A stretch of 64,000 nt of DNA from Takakia lepidozioides (lineage: Eukaryota; Plantae; Bryophyta). Within the stretch, counting starts at the first letter, position 1, and the number at the start of each line of letters is the position of its first letter. Below are positions 62,690 to 64,000 of the stretch, in pieces. Position numbers and translations under genes: made by a program. Location of the stretch: assembly GCA_030704615.1 (NCBI GenBank), contig CM060733.1, positions 34,534,001 to 34,598,000 of the forward strand, in the 5' to 3' direction. The notes beneath the pieces are model-generated. The model saw only the letters and a program-made list of their open reading frames with translations, did not search any database and was not told the origin of the DNA.

Positions 62690-63290
62690 AATAAAGGTAG
62701 GGTGTGACAGTCTCTCAACTCGAAAGCTTTGAGACGGTTGCGGGTGTCCTCATTGCGAATGACTGCATCTCCTTCAAGCAAACTTGTCATTGCCAATGAA
62801 CCCCCGCTCGTGGTTGCCTTGTGCAGAGCGTATCCGGCTGCAACCATGTCTGGCTGCATAAACTTGTGTAGCTCCTGCTCCTCTGCTCCAGTACACCACG
62901 GCCTTGTGGCTGAACACCTTGGTCCCCGGGGCTGTCTTTGGCTGTGTTCCAAGCCTAGCTTTCACCCACTTTGGTATTTCACCTACAGCTGCAGAACTGC
63001 TGGCTCCAGCAGAGTTCTGATTGTCCAAAGCGATATTGAGGCCCTCAACGCCAACTACAACAGTTTGTTGTCTACTGCTAATGCCTGACTCCCAGTATGC
63101 AATCAACTTGTCCAACTGTTCTCCACTCAAATCAGTCTGAGTTCCTTGGGAAACATAAATCCTGTCCCCTTGTGTGCACAGGCTAAGAGAAGAGACCTGC
63201 CCTTCAATGACGTCCTCATTTCCCCCAGCCATACAAGGAGTACATCCCCAGATTTATCTCTCATGTAGACCAGAACAAGTTCTAGAAACA
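62690..63290 (-). CDS. Extra ORF upstream of gag (unknown function), copy 2
   Basis: ORFs 62774..63232 and 62488..62952 are homologous to 34600-35200. Confidence 0.45.
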
Positions 63291-63514
63291 GAATTGTGGA
63301 TCTTTCATGGCACACTCACACTCTAAAAATTCCATAGATTTTTAGGAGAGTCCCAAAAACTAAAAGGTCTGGATAGGTAGATTTCCCCTTTCTGTAGGTC
63401 CCTGCGCAAGTTTTGGGTCAAACGGCCTTGGTAGGCCAAAGTTATGGCCAAACAGGCTCTATCTAATTTAAATTAGATCAAAGAACGACCCCCAACCTGT
63501 ATTAAATCACTATA

Positions 63515-64000
63515 TGGCGTTCCCCTGTAATGGAGTCCCCCACAAAGGCCACAGTTTTTCCTCTCATTGACTCTAGGAAGGATCTGCCATCAAGCCGAGG
63601 CAGCTCACAATCATTTGGCTTCCATTTCCAGTGCAAATACCCACTGTCAGGCCGTCCATTCTTCATGCAGTTTTGATCCTCTCCAATTTACTGGCACGTT
63701 TCATTCGTGTACAGAGGGGGTTGGGGATCAGGCACCCAGGTCCCTATGGACAGGTCACATGCTCCTGTGCCAGCCAGAACAGTGACATTCGATCCCTTCG
63801 TCTCCAGAAATAAGCTTCCAACTTCCTTGGTGATGTAAGTCTCCTTGGTTGTTAAACCTTGAGCTGTGGTCACAAAGTTGATGGTACTGGACCCCTTCGT
63901 CTTCAGGGACAAGCTGGTGTTTTCCTTGATGTCGTCAGGTTCTGTGGTGCTTGGACCTTGAACTGCAACCGCCAAATCGGTGAGATTGGATACATTAGAA
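63515..64000 (-). pseudogene. TBL: TRICHOME BIREFRINGENCE-LIKE (PMR5N + GDS) gene fragment
   Basis: Minus strand reads CDLSIGTWVPDPQPPLYTNETCQ*IGEDQNCMKNGRPDSGYLHWKWKPNDCELPRLDGRSFLESMRGKTVAFVGDS, the TBL/PMR5 N-terminal signature. It has one stop and is truncated just after GDS. Confidence 0.92.

Larger units (their letters stand above)
54403..63483 (-). mobile_element. Ty3/gypsy retrotransposon with DNA methyltransferase and PHD finger, copy 2 (5' end not seen)
   Basis: Collinear with 26233-35395 throughout. Homology stops after AATTAGATCAAA. Confidence 0.95.

Noticed and set aside
26534-63785. Many short plus-strand ORFs overlapping the gypsy, copia and MULE genes
   Set aside because: They are antisense shadows of GC-rich coding sequence with no domain signatures.

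Overview
Eukaryotic, transposon-saturated DNA, almost certainly from a land plant. The TBL fragment, OSB/PDF-motif exons and Ty1/Ty3 elements point that way, and a bryophyte or other non-seed plant is my inference. I see no intact host gene. From left to right: (1) a decayed hAT transposase flanked by two opposed arrays of a ~28-bp palindromic unit and by >2.6-kb inverted arms that each carry a RING-H2 gene (1-10.9 kb). (2) Two convergent tandem arrays of a ~570-bp exon/intron unit encoding the PDF motif of organellar ssDNA-binding proteins (13.7-19 kb). (3) A gag remnant split by a non-autonomous Mutator-like element, then two hAT-type MITEs. (4) A Ty1/copia element split by an 11.4-kb Ty3/gypsy element (25791-37231, 4-bp TSD). 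(5) A complex satellite. (6) A ~12-kb block with a methyltransferase-like exon, two FCP1-like domains and a ParB/Srx-like gene, interrupted by a MULE. (7) A second copy of the gypsy element, ending in a TBL gene fragment. The most striking system is this gypsy family. Its polyprotein carries a C5 DNA methyltransferase between protease and RT and a PHD finger after the integrase. Instead of two ordinary LTRs it has split termini (B...A-GC-B-A) around a palindromic GACA-GC-TGTC junction, and the sequence next to its termini differs between copies. All domain calls come from motif reading by eye; no database search was run.
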